NCBI GenBank assembly: GCA_963739455.1
Contig: CAVUAK010000001.1
Location: forward strand, 1,696,001 to 1,760,000
Direction: 5' to 3'
DNA length: 64,000 bases
From: an uncultured Gemmatimonadales bacterium
GTDB lineage: Bacteria; Gemmatimonadota; Gemmatimonadetes; Gemmatimonadales; GWC2-71-9
A program made the translations under genes and the position numbers. The notes beneath the pieces are model-generated. The model was not told where the DNA came from and made no database searches. It worked only from the letters and a program-made list of their open reading frames with translations. This document shows positions 1-12,594 of this stretch, piece after piece (positions within the stretch are counted from its first letter, which is position 1; every line of letters starts with the position of its first letter).

Positions 1-611
1 TTGTTGCTCGCTGACGTCGCCGCGGCGAGGCTCGGGTACACCTCGAAGTGGATGTGCGGCCAGCGCCCCGAGTAGCACGCGGGGAAGATCGTCGTGAAAG
101 TCACCTTGCCGTCGGCATCGGCTTCCTGGACGCCTCGCAGGTAGTTCTGGTTGGTTACTCCCGATGAATAGAGCGAGTAGCGCCCCTCCCGGTCGCAGTG
201 CCAGATGTACACCGCGTATCCCGCCAGCGCCTCGCAACTGCTCGCCGAGATGATGCTGAGGGTTACCGTCAGCGGGATTCCCTCCGCCGTACCGGACAGG
301 CCCGCGAAGCTGGACCGGATATCCCGGCGCACCACACCGGTGGAGGTGAGCACGTCTGGCCCATTGGACCCATCACCCGGGAAGGGACCGGCTGTCTCCT
401 CGGGAATGGTCGCCTGGCAATTGTCGCCGTTTCCGTTCGTGTCCGCGACACTGTTGCCGCTGCCGCAGCCAAGCAGGGACACGACGCCCGCGCCGACGCT
501 GGCACCGAAGACCAGGCGGATGACGTCCCGCCGGCGCATCGCGGAGCCAACCAGGGTGAGGTCCTTGTGCAGCCCCCCAAACTCGTCCTCGTGATCATCA
601 CGTGCATGCAT
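1..611 (-). CDS. Intradiol ring-cleavage dioxygenase family protein (runs off window), probable Tat/lipoprotein signal
   Basis: Manual translation from ATG 611: MHARDDHEDEFGGLHKDL..MRRRDVIRL..SLLGC..PEETAGPFPGDGSNG..YIWHCDREGRYSLY..NYLRGVQ..FTTIFPACYSGRWPHIHFEVY; Tyr/His iron-ligand motifs of the family. Confidence 0.85.
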   Translation of the reverse strand, partial: MHARDDHEDEFGGLHKDLTLVGSAMRRRDVIRLVFGASVGAGVVSLLGCGSGNSVADTNGNGDNCQATIPEETAGPFPGDGSNGPDVLTSTGVVRRDIRSSFAGLSGTAEGIPLTVTLSIISASSCEALAGYAVYIWHCDREGRYSLYSSGVTNQNYLRGVQEADADGKVTFTTIFPACYSGRWPHIHFEVYPSLAAATSASN

Positions 612-740
612 GGTCAGCTTCCCGGTTCGGCGCGGCGATATTGGATCGGTTGTCCGGATGAATACGCGTCTGCCCCGGTTACCGTTGGTAGCGAGCAGTT
701 GTGAAGAGGCGAACTCACCTTGAAGTCATGGAGAAGGCAT

Positions 741-1443
741 ATGCGGATTGAGGATGTGAAGGCCCTGGTCACCGGTGGAAGCGCCGGGATCGGGTTCGAG
801 GTGGCTCGGGCGCTCGTCGAGCGCGGGGCCAAGGTCGCCATCTCCGGCCGCGACGAGGTGCGCCTGAAGCAGGCTGCCGCTACGCCTCGGTGCCACGCCA
901 GTTCAGGGCGACGTGAGTGTCGAGGCCGACGCGGTGCGCATGGTGCGGCGCACCATCGAGGCCTTCGGTGACTACAATGTGCTGGTGAACAATGCGGGAA
1001 TCGGTGTGTTTGCGCCGCTGCTCGAGACGACCGCAGAGGACATGCGCCGGGTGTGGGACGTGAACGTGCTCGGCGCCACCATCGTGGCGCGCGAATCGGC
1101 CCGGCACTTCGTACAGAAGAAGTACGGCGACATCATCAACATCTCGTCCACGTCGGGACTGCGTGGCGGGGCCGGCAGCAGCGCCTACGCCTCGACCAAG
1201 TTCGCGCTGCGCGGGCTCAGTGAGGTATGGCGGGCCGAGTTGAGGACCCACAATATCCGGGTCATGCTGCTCAACCCGAGCGAGGTCATCACCGAGTTCG
1301 CCCAGAGGGCCGGCCATGCGCAGCAGGATAACCCGTCGAAGCTCCGTGGCGCCGACATCGCCCACGCGGTGGTGGCGATGCTGGCGATGGAGGATCGTGG
1401 GTTCATCCCGGAGCTGAGCGTCTGGGCCACCAATCCGAGGTAG
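741..1443 (+). CDS. Short-chain dehydrogenase/reductase (3-ketoacyl-ACP reductase-like); one frameshift near 885
   Basis: TGGSAGIG, NNAG, YASTK motifs split over two frames. Confidence 0.85.
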
Positions 1444-1864
1444 GGATCCCCTGGTCTATTGCTAGCGCCACGGCACAGGCGTAGCCGGGGCCGTCGGCAT
1501 CGCCCGTCTCCAGTGCCACTACCTCGAAGCCGGTATCGCCGAGGACCTGCAGCAACGCTTCATCCGAAATTGGCGTGAACCCGGGTTGCGTCACGGCCAG
1601 GCACCGGACCCGCGCGGTCGGCAGGTAACCGACGGCCAGCGTGCCGCCAGCCTTGAGCACTCGGCGGACCTCCGTGAGGCACCGCTCGACGTCGGTCCAG
1701 AAGTGGACGGTGTTGACCGTGAGGACGCGGTCGAACGTCCCGGTGGGGAAGGGGAGCCCGAGACGACGGCCTGCCCCGGCACCGACGTGGAGCACCCTGT
1801 CGCCCGGGCGCGTACCGAGCAGCGCGACCATGCGGTGCGCTGCCGCAGTGGTCCCGTTCGTCAC
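1403..1864 (-). CDS. Class I SAM-dependent methyltransferase-like protein, apparently internally shortened
   Basis: GTG overlaps upstream stop; RVLHVGAGAG, LPFPTGTFD, EVRRVLKAGG motifs. Confidence 0.6.
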   Translation of the reverse strand: MTNGTTAAAHRMVALLGTRPGDRVLHVGAGAGRRLGLPFPTGTFDRVLTVNTVHFWTDVERCLTEVRRVLKAGGTLAVGYLPTARVRCLAVTQPGFTPISDEALLQVLGDTGFEVVALETGDADGPGYACAVALAIDQGIPTSDWWPRRSAPG

Positions 1865-2547
1865 GCGCGCCGCCGCCGCGCGAGCACCGTTCCAAGCACG
1901 ATCATCCAGAGGGGCAGCACATAGTTGTTGATCTCGGCGATCGTCGCGACCAAGGGTGTCACGTTGCGCCACATGGCCACGAGTCCGAGCACCGATGCCA
2001 CGATCCCGGCGCTGGCGACCCAGCCTGGAAACCCGTTCCGGCGAAGACCCAGCGCGGTGAAGAGGAAGAACAGGTTCAGCGACAGTTCGCCGACAAACTC
2101 GCCGATGTAGTTGCCGAGGAAGGAATTCAATCCGTCGAAGACACTCGCGATGGCCTGCTGCTCTGCACCTCCTGCCTTCACGTAGTGCGTCGCGAGCACC
2201 CATTGAATGCTCGGCCAGCGAAGCAGTCCCGCCATCATGGCGGCCGCCGCGATGACCGCGAAGACGACGGCCTGGCGCATGAGTCCGGGTGCGCGGGCCG
2301 CGAGGGCCTCATAGGCCCCGAGGGCGGCCGGGACGAGCAGCAGGGGGATCATTCCGTACAATGCCCAGACGGCGCGGCCGGCCGGGCCGAGCGCCAGGAG
2401 CTGGGGCAGCACGTCGGCGGCCTGTCCATCGAGCACGTCCGGATAGTTGAACGCGCGGGCGAGATAGGCGAACACCGCCATGAACAGGACCGCGGCGGCA
2501 ATGAGCGCCCAGCCGCCGATCTGGACCGACCTGTCTCGTGTGGTCAC
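1861..2547 (-). CDS. DUF4386-like membrane protein
   Basis: GTG overlaps upstream stop; FNYPDVL, GLLRW, IGEFVGE motifs, several hydrophobic helices. Confidence 0.7.
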   Translation of the reverse strand: MTTRDRSVQIGGWALIAAAVLFMAVFAYLARAFNYPDVLDGQAADVLPQLLALGPAGRAVWALYGMIPLLLVPAALGAYEALAARAPGLMRQAVVFAVIAAAAMMAGLLRWPSIQWVLATHYVKAGGAEQQAIASVFDGLNSFLGNYIGEFVGELSLNLFFLFTALGLRRNGFPGWVASAGIVASVLGLVAMWRNVTPLVATIAEINNYVLPLWMIVLGTVLARRRRA

Positions 2548-2999
2548 TTGCCCCCCAGGCGAATATCGAGGCCGATCGTCGGGTTGACGCGGACTTCTCC
2601 GTTGAACGCGGTAATCACGCCGACACCGCCGCGAAGTGCCAGCCACTTCACCACCGGCACCCGGACGCCTGCCTCGGTAATGATGCCGTTGCTCCAGTCG
2701 TCGTCGAGGCTCACCAGGAGTCCCGGGGAGATGAACGGCGCCACGCCGTGTGAGCGGAGGTACGCCGAGAACCCGAAGCGGAGGAAGTTCGTGTTCTCGT
2801 TCTCGGTCTGCCCGTCAGCCTTGAGTCGCGTTGGGTAGAATCCACCGTTCACGGCGAAGGCGCCGCGACGGAACTCCAGGCCGGTGGAGGGCGACCGGAA
2901 CACGGTGAGGTACAACCCTTGTGGCTTCGGCGCCTGGGCATGGGCCACGGAGGCGGACAGCAGGGCGATCAGGGCGAGGGTGGTGGCGGTAAGCTTCAT
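2544..2999 (-). CDS. Secreted small beta-rich (outer-membrane barrel-like) hypothetical protein
   Basis: Signal peptide ending AHA-Q, GGAG SD, alternating hydrophobic strands. Confidence 0.65.
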   Translation of the reverse strand: MKLTATTLALIALLSASVAHAQAPKPQGLYLTVFRSPSTGLEFRRGAFAVNGGFYPTRLKADGQTENENTNFLRFGFSAYLRSHGVAPFISPGLLVSLDDDWSNGIITEAGVRVPVVKWLALRGGVGVITAFNGEVRVNPTIGLDIRLGGK

Positions 3000-3065
3000 G
3001 GTGTTGCTCCTGGCTGAGGGTGAACTTCGTGCCAGGTAAACTCGGAAATTGGGCGGTCCGGGACA

Positions 3066-3101
3066 TTGATCGCGTGCGCCGTTTGCTTGGCGGATGGCGC
3101 C
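3066..3101. promoter_or_regulatory. Candidate AraC-family direct-repeat operator
   Basis: TTGATCGCGTGCGCC (3066) and TTGGCGGATGGCGCC (3087), 21-bp period, between divergent genes. Confidence 0.45.
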
Positions 3102-3133
3102 GACCTGGTGGCGGACCCTTGGGAGGGGACGGG

Positions 3134-4195
3134 ATGCGAGAGACTACCGTCGCAACGTCACTCATCATTGACATGGTGAACCAGCTGGAGGGGCGAGGCT
3201 TCCCGCCGGCCGAGGTGTGTCGTCGCGCGCGCGTCGACCCGGGCTTCCTCTCCCGGCCGCATGATCGCATCCAGGGGTCGGCGGTCGAGCGGATGTGGCA
3301 GGTGGGAGAAGAGCTCACGGGCGACCCGCTGCTGGGGCTGCACCTCACCGAGCACTATCGCACGGGCGCCATCAACATCCTGGGCTACGTCTTCCTCAAC
3401 TGCCGCACAGTGGCGGACGTGCTGGAGCGCCTGTCGCGCTTCGCCGTGCTGCTGAACGATGGCTTGAAGGTGCGCATCGAGCGCGAGGAGGGGCGGGCGG
3501 TCGTGCACCTCGAGGCGGTCGAGGGGCTGGACAACTTCCTCCTCCGGAATGGCCGCCAGGTCATGGAAACGATGGCGGCTGGCGTGGTACTGACGCTGCG
3601 GAGCCTCAGTGGCGGCGCATTCGTCCCGGCCCAGGTCTGGTTCCGGCACGCCGCGGCCGGTGACGTCTCGGAGTATCACCGGATCTTTGGCACGATGGTG
3701 CGCTTCGGGATGCCCGAACATCGCGTCGCCCTTCGCCTGGCCGAGCTGGATACGGTGATCCCCGCGGCGGATCCGTCGCTGTTGGCGCTGTTCGAGCGCC
3801 ATGCCATCGGACGGCTGGATGAACTGGAAAAGCTGGGAGGGAGCAGTCAGCGAGTGATGCGCCTGCTGACGGCGCGACTGACCGGCACGGTTCCGCCCGT
3901 CGGCGTCATTGCCGCCGAGTTGGCGATGAGCGGTCGTCAGTTGCAGCGAGTGCTGCAGGATGAGGGGACCAGCTATCAGGCGCTGCTGGACCAGGCGCGC
4001 CGCGAGCTGGCGATGGCCCAGCTCAAGGTCCCCGACACCACCGCGGCTGAAGTGGCGCTGATGCTTGGCTATTCGGAAGCTGGTGCGTTCACCCGGGCGT
4101 TCCGTCGCTGGACCGGGACGACGCCCGGTGCCTTTGCCGCAAAGCAGGCGCCCCACCAGCGACGGGGCGCTGGTGGGGCGACACTTTCTGGCTGA
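3134..4195 (+). CDS. AraC family transcriptional regulator (OruR/VqsM-like N-domain plus C-terminal HTH)
   Basis: GDPLLGL, LAMSGRQLQRVL, LGYSEAGAFTRAFRRWTGTTP. Confidence 0.9.
   Translation: MRETTVATSLIIDMVNQLEGRGFPPAEVCRRARVDPGFLSRPHDRIQGSAVERMWQVGEELTGDPLLGLHLTEHYRTGAINILGYVFLNCRTVADVLERLSRFAVLLNDGLKVRIEREEGRAVVHLEAVEGLDNFLLRNGRQVMETMAAGVVLTLRSLSGGAFVPAQVWFRHAAAGDVSEYHRIFGTMVRFGMPEHRVALRLAELDTVIPAADPSLLALFERHAIGRLDELEKLGGSSQRVMRLLTARLTGTVPPVGVIAAELAMSGRQLQRVLQDEGTSYQALLDQARRELAMAQLKVPDTTAAEVALMLGYSEAGAFTRAFRRWTGTTPGAFAAKQAPHQRRGAGGATLSG
4149..4180. terminator. Hairpin downstream of tRNA-Arg, inside the AraC 3' end
   Basis: 13-bp perfect inverted repeat CGCCCCACCAGCG / CGCTGGTGGGGCG. Confidence 0.5.
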
Positions 4196-4269
4196 TGGGC
4201 CCGGCGCGATTCGAACGCGCGACCTCTTGCTCCGGAGGCAAGCGCTCTATCCAGCTGAGCTACGGACCC
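4196..4269 (-). tRNA. tRNA-Arg(CCG)
   Basis: GGGTCCGTAGCTCAGCTGGATAGAGCG..CTCCGGA..GTTCGAATC..CGGGCCCA cloverleaf. Confidence 0.95.
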
Positions 4270-4355
4270 GGGTGTGACAAGGGGCAGAAAACTCGCTCAG
4301 GGTAGGCGGTTACGCAACCAGCCGGCGCCGTGACAATCCGGCGGTAAGATCTGCC

Positions 4356-5249
4356 ATGACAGTCGCCGCCGAACCCCTCCAGCCAGCCACCGCCGAACCC
4401 CCTCCGCCTCCGCCAGCTGCCGATGCAGCCATGGCGGCCATCGCCGACGCAGGACGGAGGTTTCGCCGGGCTCGCAAGCGCTTCCTCGAGCGCGAGGACG
4501 CCGAGTCCCTCCACGGCCTCCGGGTGGCCCTGCGAAGGTTGCGGGCGGTGTTCACCCTCTTTCGCCCTGTCCTGGTGCTGCCTCGCCGCCTGGCGGACCG
4601 GGACCTTCGCCGCGCCGGTCACGATCTCGCCGAGTTGCGCGACCAGGATGTGGCCCTCGAGGCCATCCGCGGCGCGCCCTCCGATGGCCCCGACATGGGC
4701 GCCAACCTTCGGCGCCTGGAGCGCCGTCGCCGGCGCGAGGCCGGCCGCGTTGCCGAACGCCTGCGCAGTTCACGGGTGCGCGGCATGCTTCGCGCCCTCC
4801 GCCGGTGGGACAAGTCGCCCGCCTTCAGCGTCGATGAGGACACGCCTGCCACGGTGGTCCTGACTGGCCTGCGCGCGCGCGTAGCCGCGGTCGAGCTGCA
4901 CCCTGCCTGGTCGCTTACGCTCCTCGCCGATGCCACCGGCGCGCTTCGCGCACCAGACGCGATCTATGATGAGGAGACCACCGCCGAGCTCCTTCACCAG
5001 TTGCGCCGTCGAATCAAGCAGGTGCGCTATCAGCTGGAAGTGGTGGCTCGCGTGTTCAACCGCGACTGGATGACGGAGCTCGAGCGGTTGCGGGTGCTGC
5101 AGGAGTCACTCGGGGTGGTACAGGATCTCCGCGTCCTCGGGCCGCTGGGCACCCTCGATTACGAACGAGTGTCGTCAGCAACCGACGCTTGGGAAGAGTT
5201 GCGGGGCGAGCGGCTGGGGCGCGTGCGGGAACTGCTCGACCGGCCCTAG
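4356..5249 (+). CDS. CHAD domain protein (polyphosphate-binding family)
   Basis: LHGLRVALRRLR, LRDQDV, LHQLRRRIKQVRY, LQESLGVVQD. Confidence 0.85.
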   Translation: MTVAAEPLQPATAEPPPPPPAADAAMAAIADAGRRFRRARKRFLEREDAESLHGLRVALRRLRAVFTLFRPVLVLPRRLADRDLRRAGHDLAELRDQDVALEAIRGAPSDGPDMGANLRRLERRRRREAGRVAERLRSSRVRGMLRALRRWDKSPAFSVDEDTPATVVLTGLRARVAAVELHPAWSLTLLADATGALRAPDAIYDEETTAELLHQLRRRIKQVRYQLEVVARVFNRDWMTELERLRVLQESLGVVQDLRVLGPLGTLDYERVSSATDAWEELRGERLGRVRELLDRP

Positions 5250-6728
5250 CGTCCGCGTTGCGCGCCCGCCGGTTGCCGCCGGGCGAACTGCTCACGCGGC
5301 GCGCGTCCAGGCTGCCATACCGCTCGTCCATCGATGCCCTCGGGTACCCGCACATCGAGCCAGTCCAGCAGGGCAGGGAACACGTCGGCGGTGCGCATCG
5401 GTGCGGCCGGCAGCGGACGGTTGGTCCACAGCGGCGTATGCATGTGCGCGCGGATCAGGCTGCCGTGCCCCGACTTGTGCTCCGGAATCTCGTACCGGCC
5501 GCGGAAGTCGTACCCCTCACGGGCCGCAATGACCAGGTCGCCGGCACGCGGCGACGAGAACTGGTCGAGCAGGTGCACCGCTGCATCGGGATAGGCGGCA
5601 TCGAAGGTGTGTGCCAGCCACTCGTCACGGTCTCCCGTGAAGGACGCGCCAAGCTCGAGCGGGTCACCCGAGAGCAGGGTGTAGCGAATCGTGTCCTGGT
5701 CCCTGGTAATGATCGCCTCGCCCGAGGATGAGGCGACCCTGACATTCCCGTCACGGTCCTCGGCGGCCACGAACGCCACCGCGGGCTCGCGCACCAGCGC
5801 CGCGACGAGATCCTCGCTCGACCCGAACGCTTCCGGACGGCGCAGCTGCTCCATGGTCCAGCGCTCGGTGCGACGGTCGCCGGGACGGGCGTAGATCGAC
5901 GCGAACGCGTTGCCCGCCACCATCACCGCCACGCGCGGGTTCCGCGCCCACAGCACCGGGTGATGCAGCGTCGGCACCCCGCGGGCGATGAACCACTGGG
6001 CCAGGTCCACGTGGGTGTGCATCTTCGTCGCGCCATGGTCGCTCACCAGCACGAACAGCGTGTCGTCCAGTTCGCCCTTCTCGTCGAGTCGCACCATCGT
6101 CTGGCCGATCGACCGATCGATCAGTCGGAGCGCCTCGAGCACCTTCGGCGAGTCGGGTGATGCGTTGTGGGTGTAGCCGTCCACCGCCGGGAACTGGGTG
6201 AAGACGAATCGCCATGGCCCGTCCACCGCCGCCAGCAGCTCGCGCGCGGCCCGATTGTCGAGCGCCCCGTAGCAGTCCACGTAGTGCGCCACGCCCCCCA
6301 GCACCTTGCGCGCGTTTCGCGCCGGGTCGCGCTCCGGCGGCAGCCCGCGCGTGATCATCGTGAAGATGCCGAGGCTGTCGGGCACGAGCTGGAAGATGGT
6401 CTGCACCTCGGCTCGCGATGTCGTCATCGAGCAGCGCCGACTGGTAGCCGCAGTAGTTCCGCACTTCGTTGCGGTTCTTCCACCAGCGACCGCCATATGT
6501 GCTGCGGTCGAGCCAGCGGATCGACGGGATGTTGCACGTGCCCGGGAAGCAACCGGTGAGGAACGGCAGGTATCCGACGCTGGTCGTGGTCGGAAAGACG
6601 CTGACAGCCCGGGCGCGTGAGCCTCGTTCGGTCAGCACCTTCAGGTTCGGCAGCTGGCCCGCCGCGATAGCCGCCTCGGCGATATCGGGCCGCAACCCGT
6701 CCACCAGGATCAGGAAAGCACGCTTCAC
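5246..6728 (-). CDS. Alkaline phosphatase superfamily / nucleotide pyrophosphatase-phosphodiesterase; frameshift near 6410
   Basis: LVDGLRPD, SVFPTTT, VDGYTH, VSDHG, SGHGSL. Confidence 0.85.
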
Positions 6729-7429
6729 ACCGACTCCGGCGTGGGGGTCACCGGCACCACGGGCACGACGGCCTCGAGTGGTGCGCGGTTCATCTGCCGC
6801 ATCTTGAAGATCATGGCGCCCAGGAACACCAGCCCAAGGCTGAACAGGATGGCCGGCGGCACCTTGAGCGCGATGCCGAGCTGTGCCAGCAGCGCGTAGC
6901 GCAGGCCGCGGCCAAGGATCACCGAGCCCTGGTACTTCCACATCGGGTAGTTATCCAGCACCGCCAGGAAACGCATCGGGTAGTGCGGGATGATCGGCAG
7001 GATGCAGGTGCTCACCAGCGTCCAGAACGGTGCCTTGCGGTACCAGTAGAGCGCCCACCCCGTGATGCGATGTCCCCGGAAGCCGCGCGTGCCCTCGCGC
7101 GAAAGCAGCCGGGCCAGGAGCTCCATGTTCCAGTACTCGATGATCACCGTGCCGACGGTGCCCACCAGCACAATGAGCCATATCGGGTACAGCGGACCGA
7201 GGTACACCACGGCGGGATCATACGGCAGCGGCGCCAGCGAGTTTCCCACGAACGAATAGGGAAGGAAGAGCCACATCCTGGCGTGCGACGGCTGCCAGCG
7301 GGCGCCGGCGAACGCCACCGCCGTGAGGATGAGCATGACGGCTGGCCATAGCCAGACGGGAACCGCCGGGGGCAGGGCCCGCGGCGGTTCCGGAACCAGC
7401 TCAATGATGTCCCGTTCGTCCTTCTTCAC
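6725..7429 (-). CDS. VTT/DedA-like membrane protein
   Basis: GTG with AGGAG SD; PLPYDP, ILPIIPH, GRGLRY, hydrophobic helices. Confidence 0.65.
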   Translation of the reverse strand: MKKDERDIIELVPEPPRALPPAVPVWLWPAVMLILTAVAFAGARWQPSHARMWLFLPYSFVGNSLAPLPYDPAVVYLGPLYPIWLIVLVGTVGTVIIEYWNMELLARLLSREGTRGFRGHRITGWALYWYRKAPFWTLVSTCILPIIPHYPMRFLAVLDNYPMWKYQGSVILGRGLRYALLAQLGIALKVPPAILFSLGLVFLGAMIFKMRQMNRAPLEAVVPVVPVTPTPESV

Positions 7430-7561
7430 TCGCGCTCCTGTCCTGGACCGTTCCCAAGGTGCGGGAACGCTATTCGGGCCGGGGCCTCGAAGCAACTTCC
7501 GGGATCCGGTATGCAGGTGACGGCGTTTCAGGGGGACAGAACGTCTCTCCGGAGAAGACAA

Positions 7562-8389
7562 ATGCCACGAATCCTGGCCGCCGCTCCTTTGCTCCTTCTG
7601 CTTCAGGTCTTCACGCCCTCAGGCCCTCATGTCGCAGCCACCACGACCCGGCTCCGCCGTGGCACAATACCAGTTGGCTCAACACCGACCAGCCGCTGAC
7701 GCTGGAATCGCTTCGGGGCAAGGTGGTGCTCGCTCAACTTCTGGACATTTACCTGCTACAACTGCACCAACACCGTCCCCTCGCTGGTGGATTTCGACGC
7801 CCGCTTCCGGGACAAGGGCCTCGTCATCATCGGGATGCACGACCCCGAGTTTCCGCCCAGCGGCGGCGAGCACGCCAGGGCGAATGTCCAGGGCGCGCTG
7901 CTGGATCACGGCATCAAGTATCCCAATGCGCAGGACAATGACCACGCCACCTGGAATCTCTACGGCATCCGTGCCTGGCCCAGCTTCGTGCTGATCGACA
8001 AGAAGGGCAACATCCGCTACGAGGGAGCCGGTGAGTTCCATGTGGGCGACCAGTGGTACAGGCAGTGGGAAGCCCGCATCCAGGAGCTGCTCGCCGAGCA
8101 GGTCGCCTCGGTTGACGTCCAGGTCATTCCATCCGGCGACCGTGTCGTGATTCGCGCCGTCGCGGCGCCGGGCACGAAGATCAACGCCCGCCTCGCGCCC
8201 CAGCTCGAACTCGCCTCGGGCCGGACCGAGCGGCTGACGAGCTCGAGTGTCACTGCCGATTCCGCCTACTTCACCGCTCCCCCCGAAGTCACCATCCCCG
8301 GCAGTACACCGCTGGCTGGCGCACGTTTCCGCGCCAGCGTCTGCGACTCCGGCGCCGCCGTCTGCCGGGTCGTGACCGTGCCGCTCTAG
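7562..8389 (+). CDS. Redoxin (DipZ-like thioredoxin fold); frameshifts in the 5' part
   Basis: WLNTDQPLTLESLRGKVVL, NFWTFTCYNC (CxxC), GMHDPEF, AWPSFVLIDKKG. Confidence 0.75.
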
Positions 8390-8477
8390 GTACTGCTCCC
8401 GGATCCTCCGCAGTTGGTTCCTCCGCTGTTCAGTTCCCCCTCACGCAGTCGCCTGTTCCCCCTCACGCGGTTCAGTT

Positions 8478-8544
8478 CCTAACAACTCCCAAACACCCAA
8501 CGCTCCCATCCTCACCCCTCCCAAACGCCCCCAGCTCGTAGCAT
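8478..8544 (+). promoter_or_regulatory. kdp promoter region with candidate KdpE (OmpR-type) tandem boxes
   Basis: CCTAACAACTCCCAAAC (8478) and CCTCACCCCTCCCAAAC (8510); TAGCAT -10-like at 8539. Confidence 0.4.
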
Positions 8545-8571
8545 TCCTCCGCACCCAACATTGAGGCGTCG

Positions 8572-8653
8572 GTGGACCTGCTGATGATTGGAATTCTCGC
8601 GGTGCTGGTGGTCGCAACGGCCGGGTCTGATCCGGCTCTGCGCCAGGCTCTAG
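8572..8653 (+). CDS. Small hydrophobic peptide upstream of kdpF (about 26 aa, needs one indel correction)
   Basis: GTG after GAGG; MDLLMIGILAVLVVATAG(LIRLCARL*). Confidence 0.4.
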
Positions 8654-8663
8654 GGAGGAGCGG

Positions 8664-8756
8664 ATGAACGGACTCTACATACTCGGTGCCATCGTGGCCG
8701 CCGCACTCCTCGGCTACCTGGTATTCGCGTTGCTCAAGCCGGAGAGCCTGTCATGA
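8664..8756 (+). CDS. kdpF: K+-transporting ATPase subunit F
   Basis: [37 protein letters not shown], overlaps kdpA start; not in ORF track. Confidence 0.9.
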   Translation: MNGLYILGAIVAAALLGYLVFALLKPESLS

Positions 8757-10505
8757 CCGGCCAACGACTGGATCCAGGTCGCGCTCTACTTCGCCGTCCT
8801 GCTGGCGCTCGCCATTCCGCTCGGACGGTTCATGGCGCAGGTCATGTCCGGCGAGCAGCAACTGGCTCACCCGGCTCGGGCGACCGTTCGAGCGCGGGCT
8901 GTACCGGCTTGCCGGCGTCTCCGAGGACGATGAAATGACCTGGACGCGATACGCCACGGCGTTGCTCGTCTTCAGTGTCGCCTGCTTCGGCGTGGTGTAC
9001 CTGCTGCAGCGCGTGCAGGGCTTTCTGCCCGCCAATCCCGCCGGTTTCGCGGGGGTGAGTCCGGCTCTCGCCTTCAACACCGCCATCAGCTTCGCCACCA
9101 ACACCAACTGGCAGGCCTACGGTGGCGAGACCACGCATGAGCTACCTCACCCAGGCGCTGGCGCTCGGGGTGCAGAATTTCGTCTCTGCCGCCGCCGGCA
9201 TCGCCGTGGTCGTCGCCCTCATCCGCGGCTTTGCCCGCGCGGAGAAGGGCACCATCGGCAACTTCTGGGTCGACCTGACCCGCTGCACGCTCTACATCCT
9301 GCTGCCGCTCGCACTCGTCTATGCCCTGCTGCTCGTGTCACAGGGCGTGGTGCAGACGTGGCACGCCGTATCCGGTGGCCGAACTGGTCGAGCCGCTGCA
9401 CACTCCGATACCACCGTCGTGTCACCAGCAGACGATCGCGGTGGGCCCGGCGGCAAGCCAGATCGCCATCAAGCAGCTGGGCACCAACGGCGGCGGCTTC
9501 TTCAACGCCAACTCGGCGCATCCATTCGAGAACCCGACGCCGGTCTCGAACTTCCTGGAGATGCTCGCCATCCTGCTCATCCCCGCCGCGCTGTGCGAGA
9601 TGTTCGGCCGGATGGTGAAGGACCGGCGGCAGGGCTGGGTGCTGCTCGCCGCCATGACGGTCATCCTTGTGCCCCTGACGATTGCGGCCACGGCGTCGAG
9701 CAGCGGGGCACGCCGGTGCTCGCCGCCGCCGGTGTTGACCAGGCGCCGTCCGTCGCTGCAGGCGGGCGGCAACATGGAAGGGAAGGAGACCCGGTTCGGC
9801 ATCGTCAACTCGGCCATCTGGGCGTCCGCCACGACGGCCGCGTCCAACGGCTCGGTCAACGCCATGCACGACAGCTTCACGCCGCTGGGCGGCATGATCC
9901 CGATGTGGCTGATCCAGTTCGGTGAGGTGGTCTTCGGCGGCGTCGGGTCGGGCCTCTACGGCATGCTGGTGTTCGCCCTGATCGCCGTCTTCATCGCCGG
10001 GCTCATGGTGGGACGCACGCCCGAGTACCTCGGCAAGAAGATCGAGGCGTACGAGATGAAGATGGCGTCACTCGTCATCCTCATCCCGGCGATGATGATC
10101 CTGTTCGGCACCGCCGCTCGCCGTGAGCACCGGCGCTGGTCGCGCCGGCGTATTCAATCCCGGGCGCGCACGGCTTCAGTGAGGTGCTCTACGCCGTCAC
10201 CTCGGCGGTCGGCAACAACGGCAGCGCGTTCGGCGGCCTCGGGGCCAATTCCACCTTCTACAACCTGCTGCTCGGCATCTGCATGTGGATCGGCCGCTTC
10301 TGGCTTGCGATTCCCGTGCTGGCCATCGCCGGTGCCCTGGCCCGCAAGAAGCTGGTGCCCGCCGGCGCCGGCACGCTTGCCGACGCATACCCCGCTCTTC
10401 GCCGGCCTGCTGGTCGGCACGGTCCTGCTCGTCGGCGCGCTCACCTTCGTTCCCGCGCTGGCACTCGGGCCGATCGTCGAGCATCTCCAGCTCCTCGGCA
10501 GGTAA
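8753..10505 (+). CDS. kdpA: K+-transporting ATPase subunit A (several frameshifts)
   Basis: [70 protein letters not shown]. Confidence 0.95.
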
Positions 10506-10510
10506 TCGAT

Positions 10511-12584
<2,074 letters not shown>

Positions 12585-12594
12585 GGAGATAGCC

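Noticed and set aside
1..4269. Genomic island integrated at tRNA-Arg(CCG), or at tRNA-Pro near 34715
   Set aside because: No integrase, no duplicated tRNA 3' end noticed, no obvious compositional shift.
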